Source of the DNA: an uncultured Terracidiphilus sp.
Lineage (GTDB): Bacteria > Acidobacteriota > Terriglobia > Terriglobales > Acidobacteriaceae
NCBI GenBank assembly: GCA_964630985.1
Contig: CAZVYV010000001.1
Span: forward strand, 1 to 44,085
Direction: 5' to 3'
Length of the DNA: 44,085 nucleotides
Numbering within the stretch: position 1 is the first letter of the stretch; each line of letters opens with the position of its first letter. The notes under the pieces are model-generated. The model was not told the DNA's origin. It searched no databases and saw only the letters and a list, made by a program, of their open reading frames with translations. Positions 1 to 9,000 of the stretch are shown here, piece after piece. A program made the position numbers and the translations under genes.

Positions 1-257
1 AATTCAACGACAGTAAGGCTTCCTGGGGGCTCAATCGTCAAATTGCAGCGCGCTGCGGCCAAACCTATCAAGATACCTTCAACTTCTGGCGCAGGGTTTT
101 TCCATCTGATGAGCCGATTCCGTTCATGTTGATTGAGACATGGAACGACTACGAAGAGGGTTCTGCGGTCGAGCGAGGACTTCCCACCTGCAACACCCCG
201 GCCACGACGAATAGCGCAACGAATTCCAGCCCAAGCTCTGCGGGACAAGCCCAGTAA
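1..257 (+). CDS. 3' end of a GH71/GH99-like glycoside hydrolase (partial, runs off the left edge)
   Basis: Not in the ORF track. Frame starting at nt 3 reads FNDSKASWGLNRQIAARCGQTY...FMLIETWNDYEEGSAVERG...AQ, stop TAA at 255-257. TWNDYEEGSxxE resembles the catalytic-region motif of GH99/GH71-like TIM barrels. Confidence 0.65.
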   Translation, partial: FNDSKASWGLNRQIAARCGQTYQDTFNFWRRVFPSDEPIPFMLIETWNDYEEGSAVERGLPTCNTPATTNSATNSSPSSAGQAQ

Positions 258-329
258 TCTTCTCAGAACGTCGTGAGGACTTCAGTCGCTGCTCAGGGTA
301 AGCGGAGCTTCACTGGCAGCGCATCGCCC

Positions 330-1343
330 CTATGCAGCGCGGCCATTTGCCTTACTTGCATAGGCCTCGGGCTGAACTGCATAGTTTCCGTTTTGGATGG
401 AAATGGCGCCCGATTGAGCCGCCAATTCAGCGGGAGTGCGGTGAACTTGGCTGATGAGCGAGAGCGGACGGGCACGCACCTGATCAAATACACGGATCAT
501 ATATTCACCCAACACGCCTATCGTTAAAAGCAACAGGCCGCCCATCAGAAATACTGCGCATTCGACACCGAGGGCAGCCGCTCTTATCGGACTCGAGGAA
601 ATCAGCGCCCCCAGTCCAAGCAGGAAAGCCACGAAGGTTGCCATGCAACATAGCACGAAGCTGAGCCGAATCGGCTTGTAGCTGAAACTCATAATCGCAT
701 CTGTGGCGTACTTGATTCGGCTGATGAACGACAGTTTGCCGTCGCCGCTGAGCCGATCCTGGCGGTCATAGTAAACGACGGTGTTGCGATATCCCACCCA
801 CGCTCGTAATCCAGGCAGATAGGGGTTCTGTTCACCCATCTCGAGGATGGAGTCAATCGCCTTTCGATCCATGAGCCCAAACAGGCCGGCATTCAGCGAC
901 ATCGGGTAATCGGAGATGGCTCCCAAGACCCGATAAAAGAGCGGGAAGAGCAAGGCCAGAATCTTTCGCCTCTCCTGACGGCTTCTGCGAACAGCTACCA
1001 CAACCTCGGCGCCGCCTCGCCACGCGTCAATGAGCTGCGGCACGACCTCCGGGGGATCCTGAAAATCGGCATCCATGAGGATCACGGCCCGCCCACTTGC
1101 GGTGCGGAGGCCGGCGAAAATCGCTCCCACCTGGCCCCAATTGCGAGAAAGCTCGACCACGACGACATGAGGGTCGAGCGCCTGCAGGCTCTTCAAAAGC
1201 TCGAGCGTCGAATCGGTCGAACCATCGTTGACATACACAACTTCCCAACCGTCGACGATGTCTTGTAAGACGCTGGATATGGCCTCATGAAACTGGACGA
1301 TGAGATCCTCTTCGTTAAAGACGGGCACGACTATGGAAACCAT
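330..1343 (-). CDS. GT2 polyprenol-phosphate glycosyltransferase (GtrB/ArnC/DPM1-like) with two C-terminal TM helices
   Basis: SIVVPVFNEE, VNDGSTD, LSRNWGQ, MDADFQDPP motifs; C-terminal hydrophobic pair followed by GEY..R. Confidence 0.9.
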   Translation of the reverse strand: MVSIVVPVFNEEDLIVQFHEAISSVLQDIVDGWEVVYVNDGSTDSTLELLKSLQALDPHVVVVELSRNWGQVGAIFAGLRTASGRAVILMDADFQDPPEVVPQLIDAWRGGAEVVVAVRRSRQERRKILALLFPLFYRVLGAISDYPMSLNAGLFGLMDRKAIDSILEMGEQNPYLPGLRAWVGYRNTVVYYDRQDRLSGDGKLSFISRIKYATDAIMSFSYKPIRLSFVLCCMATFVAFLLGLGALISSSPIRAAALGVECAVFLMGGLLLLTIGVLGEYMIRVFDQVRARPLSLISQVHRTPAELAAQSGAISIQNGNYAVQPEAYASKANGRAA

Positions 1344-1450
1344 TTTCGACTCCTCAGTTTCGGCTGCAAGGGAGACTTCTCGTGCTGAATTGTCTCGAGC
1401 CGATTATTTTCAGTTACTATCCTGCGACGATCGATCTTTTTGCCGACGTT

Positions 1451-1948
1451 CTATTTGGAATCTGCCTGCATGATCCTTACTTTCCATCGAACTTCCGCGG
1501 GGGTTAAAACAACGAGGTAGCGTGCGCTGACCGGCACCGTTGATACCGGCTTGTCATGATCGAGAACCTGCACGTCATACTCAGCGTCGTCAATCAATTC
1601 GATAGACAAACCTTCTGGTGAGTAGAAGAGAAACTGAATGTGGTGCACGCGATCTTGATAGCGTATTTGGATTCCTGCCTTTGCCTGTTCGTCGATCGCA
1701 TCCGCCAGCTTGTCCTTTGCCGTGCCAATAAAGTCCTCGTCAAGGAGGTTCGGCTGGCCTTGCTGAAACGCTTCGTTCATTCCTTGCCAGGACTCAAGAT
1801 AATCGCGGATTGCAGCGGTTTTCGTCTGATCTTCCAACGGCCGCGGGCCCTTAAGTTGGGAAATGTCGACAGTCACCTCAGGCTGGGCGGCAGCCATGCC
1901 AGACGCCAGGATGATGCTCGCGAATACCAGTGCGGAATGCCTTAACAT
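1451..1948 (-). CDS. Exported hypothetical protein (possibly NTF2-like); start re-assigned to ATG at 1948
   Basis: MLRHSALVFASIILASGMAAA signal peptide. ATG lies just after the upstream TGA with a GGGGAAG SD. Confidence 0.7.
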   Translation of the reverse strand: MLRHSALVFASIILASGMAAAQPEVTVDISQLKGPRPLEDQTKTAAIRDYLESWQGMNEAFQQGQPNLLDEDFIGTAKDKLADAIDEQAKAGIQIRYQDRVHHIQFLFYSPEGLSIELIDDAEYDVQVLDHDKPVSTVPVSARYLVVLTPAEVRWKVRIMQADSK

Positions 1949-1950
1949 GG

Positions 1951-2820
1951 TCACTTCCCCCACCGGATCTGATTGCCCAAAACCACTCCACTCGCCACGG
2001 TGAAGGTTGCTCCGTCGTGGGCGGGCATCTTGACTTCTGCAACGTCGCGCTTGAGAGGTACATCCACTGTGGATTGACCTCCTGGGTAGGTTTCCGTGAA
2101 CGTAACAATCGTTCCATCTGGCACCGCGTTTCCGCTGCAGTCGCGGACCGGAGCGGTCTGGAGATCAAGCTCCTGCCCCGAAGGCTGGGCGCTTACCTTC
2201 AGATCGCAGGGATCGCCCGGCACTTGGCTAATGATGCTGGTGCTCGATATGTCGCCGGCTCGCGCCACAAACTTGCTGCTACCCTGCTGGCTGGTCGAGT
2301 CCATCTCTGTCCAAGCTGCTCCGGCCCGGGTACTAACCAATTGCTTTTGCACGGTGCCGGACGGACTGGATAACTCAAAGGACACGGGGCTTGGGGCGAC
2401 AATCAAGTTGTGGTAGACGTCGAAAACGTAAACCGCGCCAGTAATACCGTCGTGCAAACCGACGGGAAGGCGCGACGGCTTGGCAGAAAAGCTCAGGCTG
2501 GCGGGGGCGCTGACCGGCGTCACATCGAATGATTCAGCACTGGTGCCGCTGGCTTGTGCAAGGACGACGACATAGTGGCCCGCGTTGTAAACCGATCCCG
2601 CAGGGAAGTACGTTGACGTCCCCAGCTGCACCGTTCGTTTGAGCACCTGGCCCGGACCGACAATGTACAAGGCTGCTTCTCCGCTTCCAGTGGTCTGAAT
2701 TGAGAACGCGCTTCCTGCTTCGATGCTCTTGGGCACATTGAGGGTTCCGTCCTGTGCGTGCGCCGTCCGCATCGCCGCCAGGATCAGGCTTCCGACCAGG
2801 AATGTGAGCTTCGGTCTCAC
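1951..2820 (-). CDS. Exported protein with Ig-like (invasin/Big_1-like) beta-sandwich domains
   Basis: Signal peptide ending AHA-Q; beta-rich S/T/V sequence; VFDVYHN..(SP)VSF and VRDCSGNAVPDGTIVTF resemble Big_1-type motifs; GTGA overlap with the upstream stop. Confidence 0.65.
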   Translation of the reverse strand: MRPKLTFLVGSLILAAMRTAHAQDGTLNVPKSIEAGSAFSIQTTGSGEAALYIVGPGQVLKRTVQLGTSTYFPAGSVYNAGHYVVVLAQASGTSAESFDVTPVSAPASLSFSAKPSRLPVGLHDGITGAVYVFDVYHNLIVAPSPVSFELSSPSGTVQKQLVSTRAGAAWTEMDSTSQQGSSKFVARAGDISSTSIISQVPGDPCDLKVSAQPSGQELDLQTAPVRDCSGNAVPDGTIVTFTETYPGGQSTVDVPLKRDVAEVKMPAHDGATFTVASGVVLGNQIRWGK

Positions 2821-3944
2821 AGCGCCCCCCCAAAGCTGAAGGTCGCAACAACTGTGCGCTCGGTGCTGACGCTTTTCGCGACGTCTTCGGGAATCGGAAT
2901 ATTAAACGCAACGGGGGTCTGCGGCAACAGCGCACTGTCCACGTACTGGTCCGCGACCCATACCAACTGTCCGGTTTTGTCGTAAAGAGTTCCTACGACG
3001 TGTGCCACGTTCACCACTTGTCCGCTCTGATTGACGAGTTGTCCAGTCAATGAGGCGTTCGGCGCTGAATTGAATTTTTGGTTATCAATCTCGATGACGG
3101 GATCGGCTGACGCCGGCACCAGGATGGCGAATGGTTTCATGTTGATGCTGTCAACATCAGACAGCTGCGCGTTGGGAAACTGGATGAGAAATGGAGTGAC
3201 CTGTTTGGGCAATAGAACGTGGGAAATCATGTCAAAGGAGCCCTCGGTCGCAATCGCCGATTTGTCCTTTGCCTGCAAGGTCGCCGTCACGGATACGTAC
3301 GCGGGTACCACGTCATCGTTCAACAGTTCTCCCATGACCAGGACGCCGTCGGCACGCTGCACAGGATGCATGTCGACTATGCGGACCGATGGCGCATCCA
3401 CGTCCTGCGCGCCCCAATCGTCTCCAGAGCCGCGGTAGATTACATCCCAGCGGAGATAATTTACGGGAATCACCTGCGGGGGAACAGTGGGCTGCTTGGT
3501 GAACGGCCAGTTCACATTCCAGTGATCTCCATTTCTCACCACCTGCAAATCGCGGGTATCCACTGCAGAGCCAACTACCGTGGCCCAATCCAGCTCTAGC
3601 CGGACATCGGCCTCATCTTCCGATGCGTGGAGCGGCCACACGTTGAAGTGATCCAGCGTCGAATAGGTGCGCAGATTCGTCGTGTATCCGGTCAGATCCA
3701 GTTCAAATTCCTGCTCGGTGAACTGAGCTTTGTTGGCGAAGGTCTCATAGGCCTTTTGCCAATCATGGGCTTGGATTTCCTGACCCAGATTCTGGACTGC
3801 TTCTTCGGGAGTTGAAGACGAAGTAAGCAAGGATTCTTGGATGATAAAGGGCTTCGCGGCCTCCACCGGCCAAACACACCCGATCACAATCAAAGCCACC
3901 GTTGCAGCGGCCAGAGCAAGCGCGAGTAATCCACCCTTATTCAC
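2817..3944 (-). CDS. Membrane-anchored/exported protein with an NTF2-like N-terminal region and two FxLYD-like domains; start re-assigned to GTG at 3944
   Basis: GTG at 3944 overlaps the upstream TGA (GTGA) with a GGAGG SD. N-terminal hydrophobic helix; VMGELLND..VSVTATLQAKD and LTGQLVNQ..VVGTLYDKTG resemble FxLYD domains. Confidence 0.65.
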   Translation of the reverse strand: MNKGGLLALALAAATVALIVIGCVWPVEAAKPFIIQESLLTSSSTPEEAVQNLGQEIQAHDWQKAYETFANKAQFTEQEFELDLTGYTTNLRTYSTLDHFNVWPLHASEDEADVRLELDWATVVGSAVDTRDLQVVRNGDHWNVNWPFTKQPTVPPQVIPVNYLRWDVIYRGSGDDWGAQDVDAPSVRIVDMHPVQRADGVLVMGELLNDDVVPAYVSVTATLQAKDKSAIATEGSFDMISHVLLPKQVTPFLIQFPNAQLSDVDSINMKPFAILVPASADPVIEIDNQKFNSAPNASLTGQLVNQSGQVVNVAHVVGTLYDKTGQLVWVADQYVDSALLPQTPVAFNIPIPEDVAKSVSTERTVVATFSFGGAL

Positions 3945-5764
3945 GACGCCACCCTCCGAGTGCCTACTTCGTCTGCGGCGACCGGATACTCCGCGGCGAC
4001 GGGATATTCTTCTGCCACGGGATCTTCTGCTTCGATCTCCCGCCGCTTTCTTTCCGGGATCAGGAAGACCAGAATGGCCAGAACGCTGCTTCCAAATGGG
4101 AAAGTGCCCCACATCACGCCCTGCCAGTGCGGAGTTCTCTGCGCCACGTTTACCGGCGTGGCCGGTGGCACGCCATCTTTGCTCCATACCGTGATGGTCT
4201 TGTCATCGAGATAGTCGACAGGGCGCCAACCTGCAAAGGACAACAGCGGGTCATAGTAGGGATCGTTCGAGAAAATCCATTTCAAGCCGTATTTATCAGC
4301 GTGCATCATGATGGCGCGAAGGGATTCAAAACCCGCTGTGCCGAAGTACTTTGTCTGAGTGAGCGAGGCGCCGCCGTAGCGAGTCAGTTCCGGCAGCAGG
4401 CGCCCGGTATACCATTCACCGTCGACGCTGCTTGCATCTGTCAGCACCGCAAGACGCGAGATACTGTTGCCGAATCCGAGAGTGAAGTAACGGTATTGAT
4501 CGTGGCCCCCGCGATTGAGCCAGTCAGCCACTACATCGACATTGACATCCCGTGCATTCGTGATTCGATAAGTGCCCCACGCTACTCCCATTCCGCAGGT
4601 CCATGCCGCCAAAATCGCGAGAACAGTGACCGCCCAGTAGCGATATCTGTCGACGAGCTTCACGGTTAGCAATCCGACAAACGGGAGCGCGAGCAAGCCT
4701 GCCCAGTAGCTGAAGCGCTCCATGGTGAGCACTTCGAACGCATGCCCTAGCAGCCAGTGTCCCAGTGGCGTCGTTCCGCCCAGGCCGAAGATGAATGTCA
4801 ACCAGAACCCAATCAGCAACGGGCGAAGCCGAACTACGCTCGCGCCGCGGATAAAGATGAACGGAATGGCTAGAATCAAAGCTCCGTAGGGGAGGATGAA
4901 GTAATTGAGGCCCCACTGGGGACTGAGGATGAAATTCGCCCGGCTGGCGTGGGGGATCGCGGTCTGGTTGATCGGGTGATGAAGCAGCGAGAGCCAGAAC
5001 GGAAGCAGCACGACCCCAAGCGCCACGCTTACCACAAATACGATCCCGACGGTGCGGCCGAGAATAGACCCCACTGAAACCGCTTTGCCTTCGCGCCGGC
5101 GGTCAAGCAAAGCCAACGCCACAACCGGCAATGCAAAAATAAAGGATCCGAACAATAGCGTCAGGTGGTGGCCGGCAGCCGCTGCAATGAACAGCACAGT
5201 GGCCTTGATAAATGCTCGCCAATCGCCATACCGCAGCCATTCGTAAAGAAAGGGCAGCGCGATCAGATAGAGCGCCGCAGCCAATGTGGTCGGCAACTGT
5301 CCTGCGTTGTAAACCAGAAAACTCTCAGAGCCGAGAAAAACACTTGCCAACGCTGCAATCGAGGCTGCGCGCGGGTTGACCCATAGCAGCGAAAACCGGT
5401 AAACCCCCACCACAAGAAGCAAAATGGCAACCATTTGCACGGCCATGTAGGCCAGTTCCAATCCCATGACCCGCGAAAGCAATGCGATCCAATAATGCGG
5501 CATCGGAGGATACGTGGCTTGGCTGAAGCCCGCAAACCACTTCGTATTCCACGGATCGAACCAGTGATGGACATAATGCGAAGAGAAGAATATATGGAAG
5601 TTGGTGTCGTAGGACTGCAGCGGCAACTTCATCAGGAGCAGTGGCAGATGAACCGCCAACGCGGCCATCAAGGCCACGGTGAGCGGTATCGGCCGCGACA
5701 AAGATTCAATGGGCTCAGATTTCTGCACAATTGGCTCTCGAAGGACGAAAAGCAAGGCATTCAT
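3941..5764 (-). CDS. Multi-pass membrane protein, GT-C-fold glycosyltransferase-like (PTPS-related membrane family)
   Basis: About 12-13 hydrophobic segments. First loop YDTNFH...DPWNTKWFAG...YPP is typical of GT-C-like proteins; ERF motif; C-terminal soluble domain. Confidence 0.7.
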   Translation of the reverse strand: MNALLFVLREPIVQKSEPIESLSRPIPLTVALMAALAVHLPLLLMKLPLQSYDTNFHIFFSSHYVHHWFDPWNTKWFAGFSQATYPPMPHYWIALLSRVMGLELAYMAVQMVAILLLVVGVYRFSLLWVNPRAASIAALASVFLGSESFLVYNAGQLPTTLAAALYLIALPFLYEWLRYGDWRAFIKATVLFIAAAAGHHLTLLFGSFIFALPVVALALLDRRREGKAVSVGSILGRTVGIVFVVSVALGVVLLPFWLSLLHHPINQTAIPHASRANFILSPQWGLNYFILPYGALILAIPFIFIRGASVVRLRPLLIGFWLTFIFGLGGTTPLGHWLLGHAFEVLTMERFSYWAGLLALPFVGLLTVKLVDRYRYWAVTVLAILAAWTCGMGVAWGTYRITNARDVNVDVVADWLNRGGHDQYRYFTLGFGNSISRLAVLTDASSVDGEWYTGRLLPELTRYGGASLTQTKYFGTAGFESLRAIMMHADKYGLKWIFSNDPYYDPLLSFAGWRPVDYLDDKTITVWSKDGVPPATPVNVAQRTPHWQGVMWGTFPFGSSVLAILVFLIPERKRREIEAEDPVAEEYPVAAEYPVAADEVGTRRVAS

Positions 5765-6007
5765 TCAGCGCATCAGCCGTGATGCGGTGTTTCACGCAAA
5801 CACCTATCTCGAAAGAGATAAGTCTGAAAGATAAATCCATTCACCCTCTTCGATTAGCAAATGTGTAGCTGAGGTTGCTTCTATGCACCTTTATTTCATG
5901 ACCTTGTGTGCTTGGCGGTGGAGTCCGATGGGGCAGAAAACGGGCAACAGCATCAATTTTGCAGGCATCAAAGTGAGCAATTGAATTCTCGGCTGTGGTG
6001 ACCCGCC

Positions 6008-9000
6008 TTGCTCGCTAGACTTGGACTTTTGAAGTTCGCAGTCGTATGCGTCTCCGCCGCATTTGTCTGCGTCGTTCATGGGCAAACCTATCAGGTTGGG
6101 CCAGGTGCGTCCACGGGATCTCCCTCACCGAACGCTCCCGCGTCTCAGAAAAACCAAAAGCAGGCCCAGAACCTGGGATGGGGATCAAATATTCAAAACG
6201 CCCGCCTTGGCCGCGCCGCGGAAATGGCCCTGCAGCACGGCAATCATGCCCTTGCGCGCGAATATGCGCAACGTGCTGTCGAAGCCGCGCCCAACGATCC
6301 GCAGTTATGGTTTTTGCTCGGCTATGCGGCACGACTCGATGGCGATTATCGGCAAGCGGTAGACGCCTATTCTCACGGACTTCAACTCAATCCCTCTTCG
6401 CTCGATGGGCAATCGGGTCTGGCGCAGGTTTACCAGTTGACGGGCAGGACTGACGAGGCCGAACGCATTCTTAAACAGGTGGTTGCAGCCAGCCCTGACC
6501 GCAGCGGCGATCTGACAATGCTTGGAGAGATGTCCATGCGATCGAAAGACTACCCCGGCGCGATCGATTGGCTGGACCGTGCGGAAAAAATTCACCCTGA
6601 CGCGCGGGCTGAGTTGCTGCTGGCGCTCTGCTACCAGCAGACGAAACAGACAGACCTGGCGAATCGATATCTCGAGCTTGCCGAGCATCGTGCGCCAAAC
6701 AACCCCGAAATTCAACGCGCCATGGCTGGCTTTTATCGCGACACCGGAAACTTTGCTCAGGCAATCGCTGTGCTGCAATCGATTCGGAATCCAAAACCCG
6801 ATGTGACCGCGGAACTCGCTTACACCTATCAACTTGACGGAAAACCGTCAGAGTCAGCCAGATTCTTTGCTCGGGCGGCCAACGAGGACCCAAAGGATAT
6901 GACACTGCAGCTGTCGGCCGCGCAAGCTGAGATTGCCACCGGCTCCGTTGCTGAAGCAAATTCGTTCCTGAAGCGCGCCACGGTACTTGATGCCAACTAT
7001 TACCGCCTACACGCGCTAAGCGGCGAGATTGCCGAACTGCAGGACCGCGATCGCGACGCGCTGCAGGAATACACGGCAGCTTTGGCGAGTTTGCCTGAGC
7101 ATCCGGCTGAAGGGCGGCTTTACGGCATCCAACTGCACATGGATCTGGTGGCTCTCGATCAGAATCTGGGGAATGAAGCAGATGGCCGCAGTCAGCTGGC
7201 GACGGCCCAGGCTGAAATCAGCGCCTTGGATGGTTCGGGCGCCGATAGAGAAGAGTTTCTGCGCCTTCGATCGTCAATTAAACTCGCCGCCGGAGACCCC
7301 GAAGGGGCGCTTGCCGACGTCAAAGACGCTCTCGCAATCAACCACGATCGCGGTAATTTGCAGCTTGATGGCGACATTCTGATGAAACTCGACCGTACCG
7401 ACGAGGCAATTGCAGTCTATAAGCAGGTTCTCGCCGGCGATCCTGATGATCGTTTAGCGGTAACCTCTTTGGGTTACGCTTTTCGCGCGGCAGGCCAGGA
7501 TGAGGAAGCGGAACGGGATTTTGAGCATTTGGCAACGGTCGACCCTTCGTCACATGTGGCCTATCTTGCCCTTGGCGACCTTTTCACGGCGCGCCGGGAA
7601 TTCCCGAAAGCGCAGGCCTCTTATAGCAAAGGGTATGAATTGGATCCACAAAATGCCCTGGTTGTGGCTGGAGGCATCAATGCGGGAATTGAGGCGCATA
7701 ACCTTCCTCAAGCTGGCCAATGGCTGAGCCGGGTTACTGAATCCATGAAAGACGATCCTAAAGTTTTGCGCGAAAGCGAGAGATATCTTCGCCTCTCAGG
7801 CAAGTACCAGGAATCGGAAGATGTAGCTCAGAAAGCTATCAAAGCACTGCCCGACGATCGTGAAGTCGTTGTCTATCTGGGGTACGATCTGCTCCTTCTC
7901 AGAAAAGACGACGATCTTCTTGCCCTTACATCGAAATACTGGAACGTTTTGCCTAAAGAAGCGGATATTCCTCTGCTTGCGGGCTACGTTCATAAAAACC
8001 GGGGGTTCAACGAGCAGGCGGTTGCGGACTTTACTGAAACCATCCATCGGAACCCCGACGCAGTAACTGCATATGTCAACCGCGGATATGTGGAGAACGA
8101 CCTTCGCCAGTCCCAGCCGGCGGCGGAGGATTTTGAGGCCGCGATCAAACTGGAGCCAAACAACGGTGAGGCGCATCTGGGACTCGCCTATGCAGATCTG
8201 GGATTGCGCAAGCCGGATGCAGTTCTCAGGCAGGCCAACCTGGCAGAACGGGAATCCGGCGATTCACTGGGTCTGCATGTAATCCGGGCCACTGCTTACG
8301 GTCGCATGGACATGCTCACGATGGCCGCCCGCGAATATCAAGCGGCATTGAAGTTTGCTCCCAATGACGGCGAGCTTCACATCGGCTTGGGGAATACATA
8401 CTTTGCAGAGCGTCGCTACCACGACGCAATCGGCGAATTGGAAGTTGCGGAGAAGTTCTCTCCCGAAAATCCGCAGATCTACGCCTGGCTCGCCCGCTCG
8501 TATGCAAGCCTCCAAGAGCGGGAGAAAACGTACTTCAACGTGCGCCTGGCGGAGCAGCATGCTCTGTCACAGCCGGTGCGGGCGGTCGAAAGGGGGCCCG
8601 ACCCGATAGAGGACCCCGGATCTCAATTGAGTGACATCCTGATCTCGACCGGTGAGGCTCTGAGTACGCTTGGCGATCAGAACGCTGCGATGGACAGGTT
8701 TCAGAAGGCACTGGTCGGGGCCGGCAGCGATCGCATCAGTGTACGGCTGGCCATTGCGGAGATTATGACGCAGCGAGGCCATCAAGACGACGCCGAGCGG
8801 CAGATTGCGTTGGGATGGATGGAAGCCGAGGCCGGGGACACAGTTCCCCCGAGCGGATCCCAATACGTTGAAGCCGCAAATCTGTTCAGCTCGATGCATC
8901 AGTACGATCTGTCGGAGAATTACCTCGCCCACGCGAAGGCATCGGGAGCGTCAGATGCGGAGGTACGCATTGCTCTGGCCAATGACGATCTCGCTTTGGG

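Noticed and set aside
3972-4030. Short 18-nt coding repeat (EDPVAE/EYPVAA/EYPVAA) at the GT-C C-terminus
   Set aside because: It looks like a low-complexity tail expansion with no evidence of function
3945-4187. 81-aa N-terminal extension of the 2817..4187 ORF
   Set aside because: It overlaps the upstream gene; a GTG at 3944 with SD and GTGA coupling gives a proper signal/anchor start
5791-5835. GCAAA..TATCTC-GAAA-GAGATA hairpin resembling P2 of a c-di-GMP-I riboswitch
   Set aside because: The following GACGCAAA junction, tetraloop receptor and P1/P3 pairing are not evident; it would need an Infernal scan to revive
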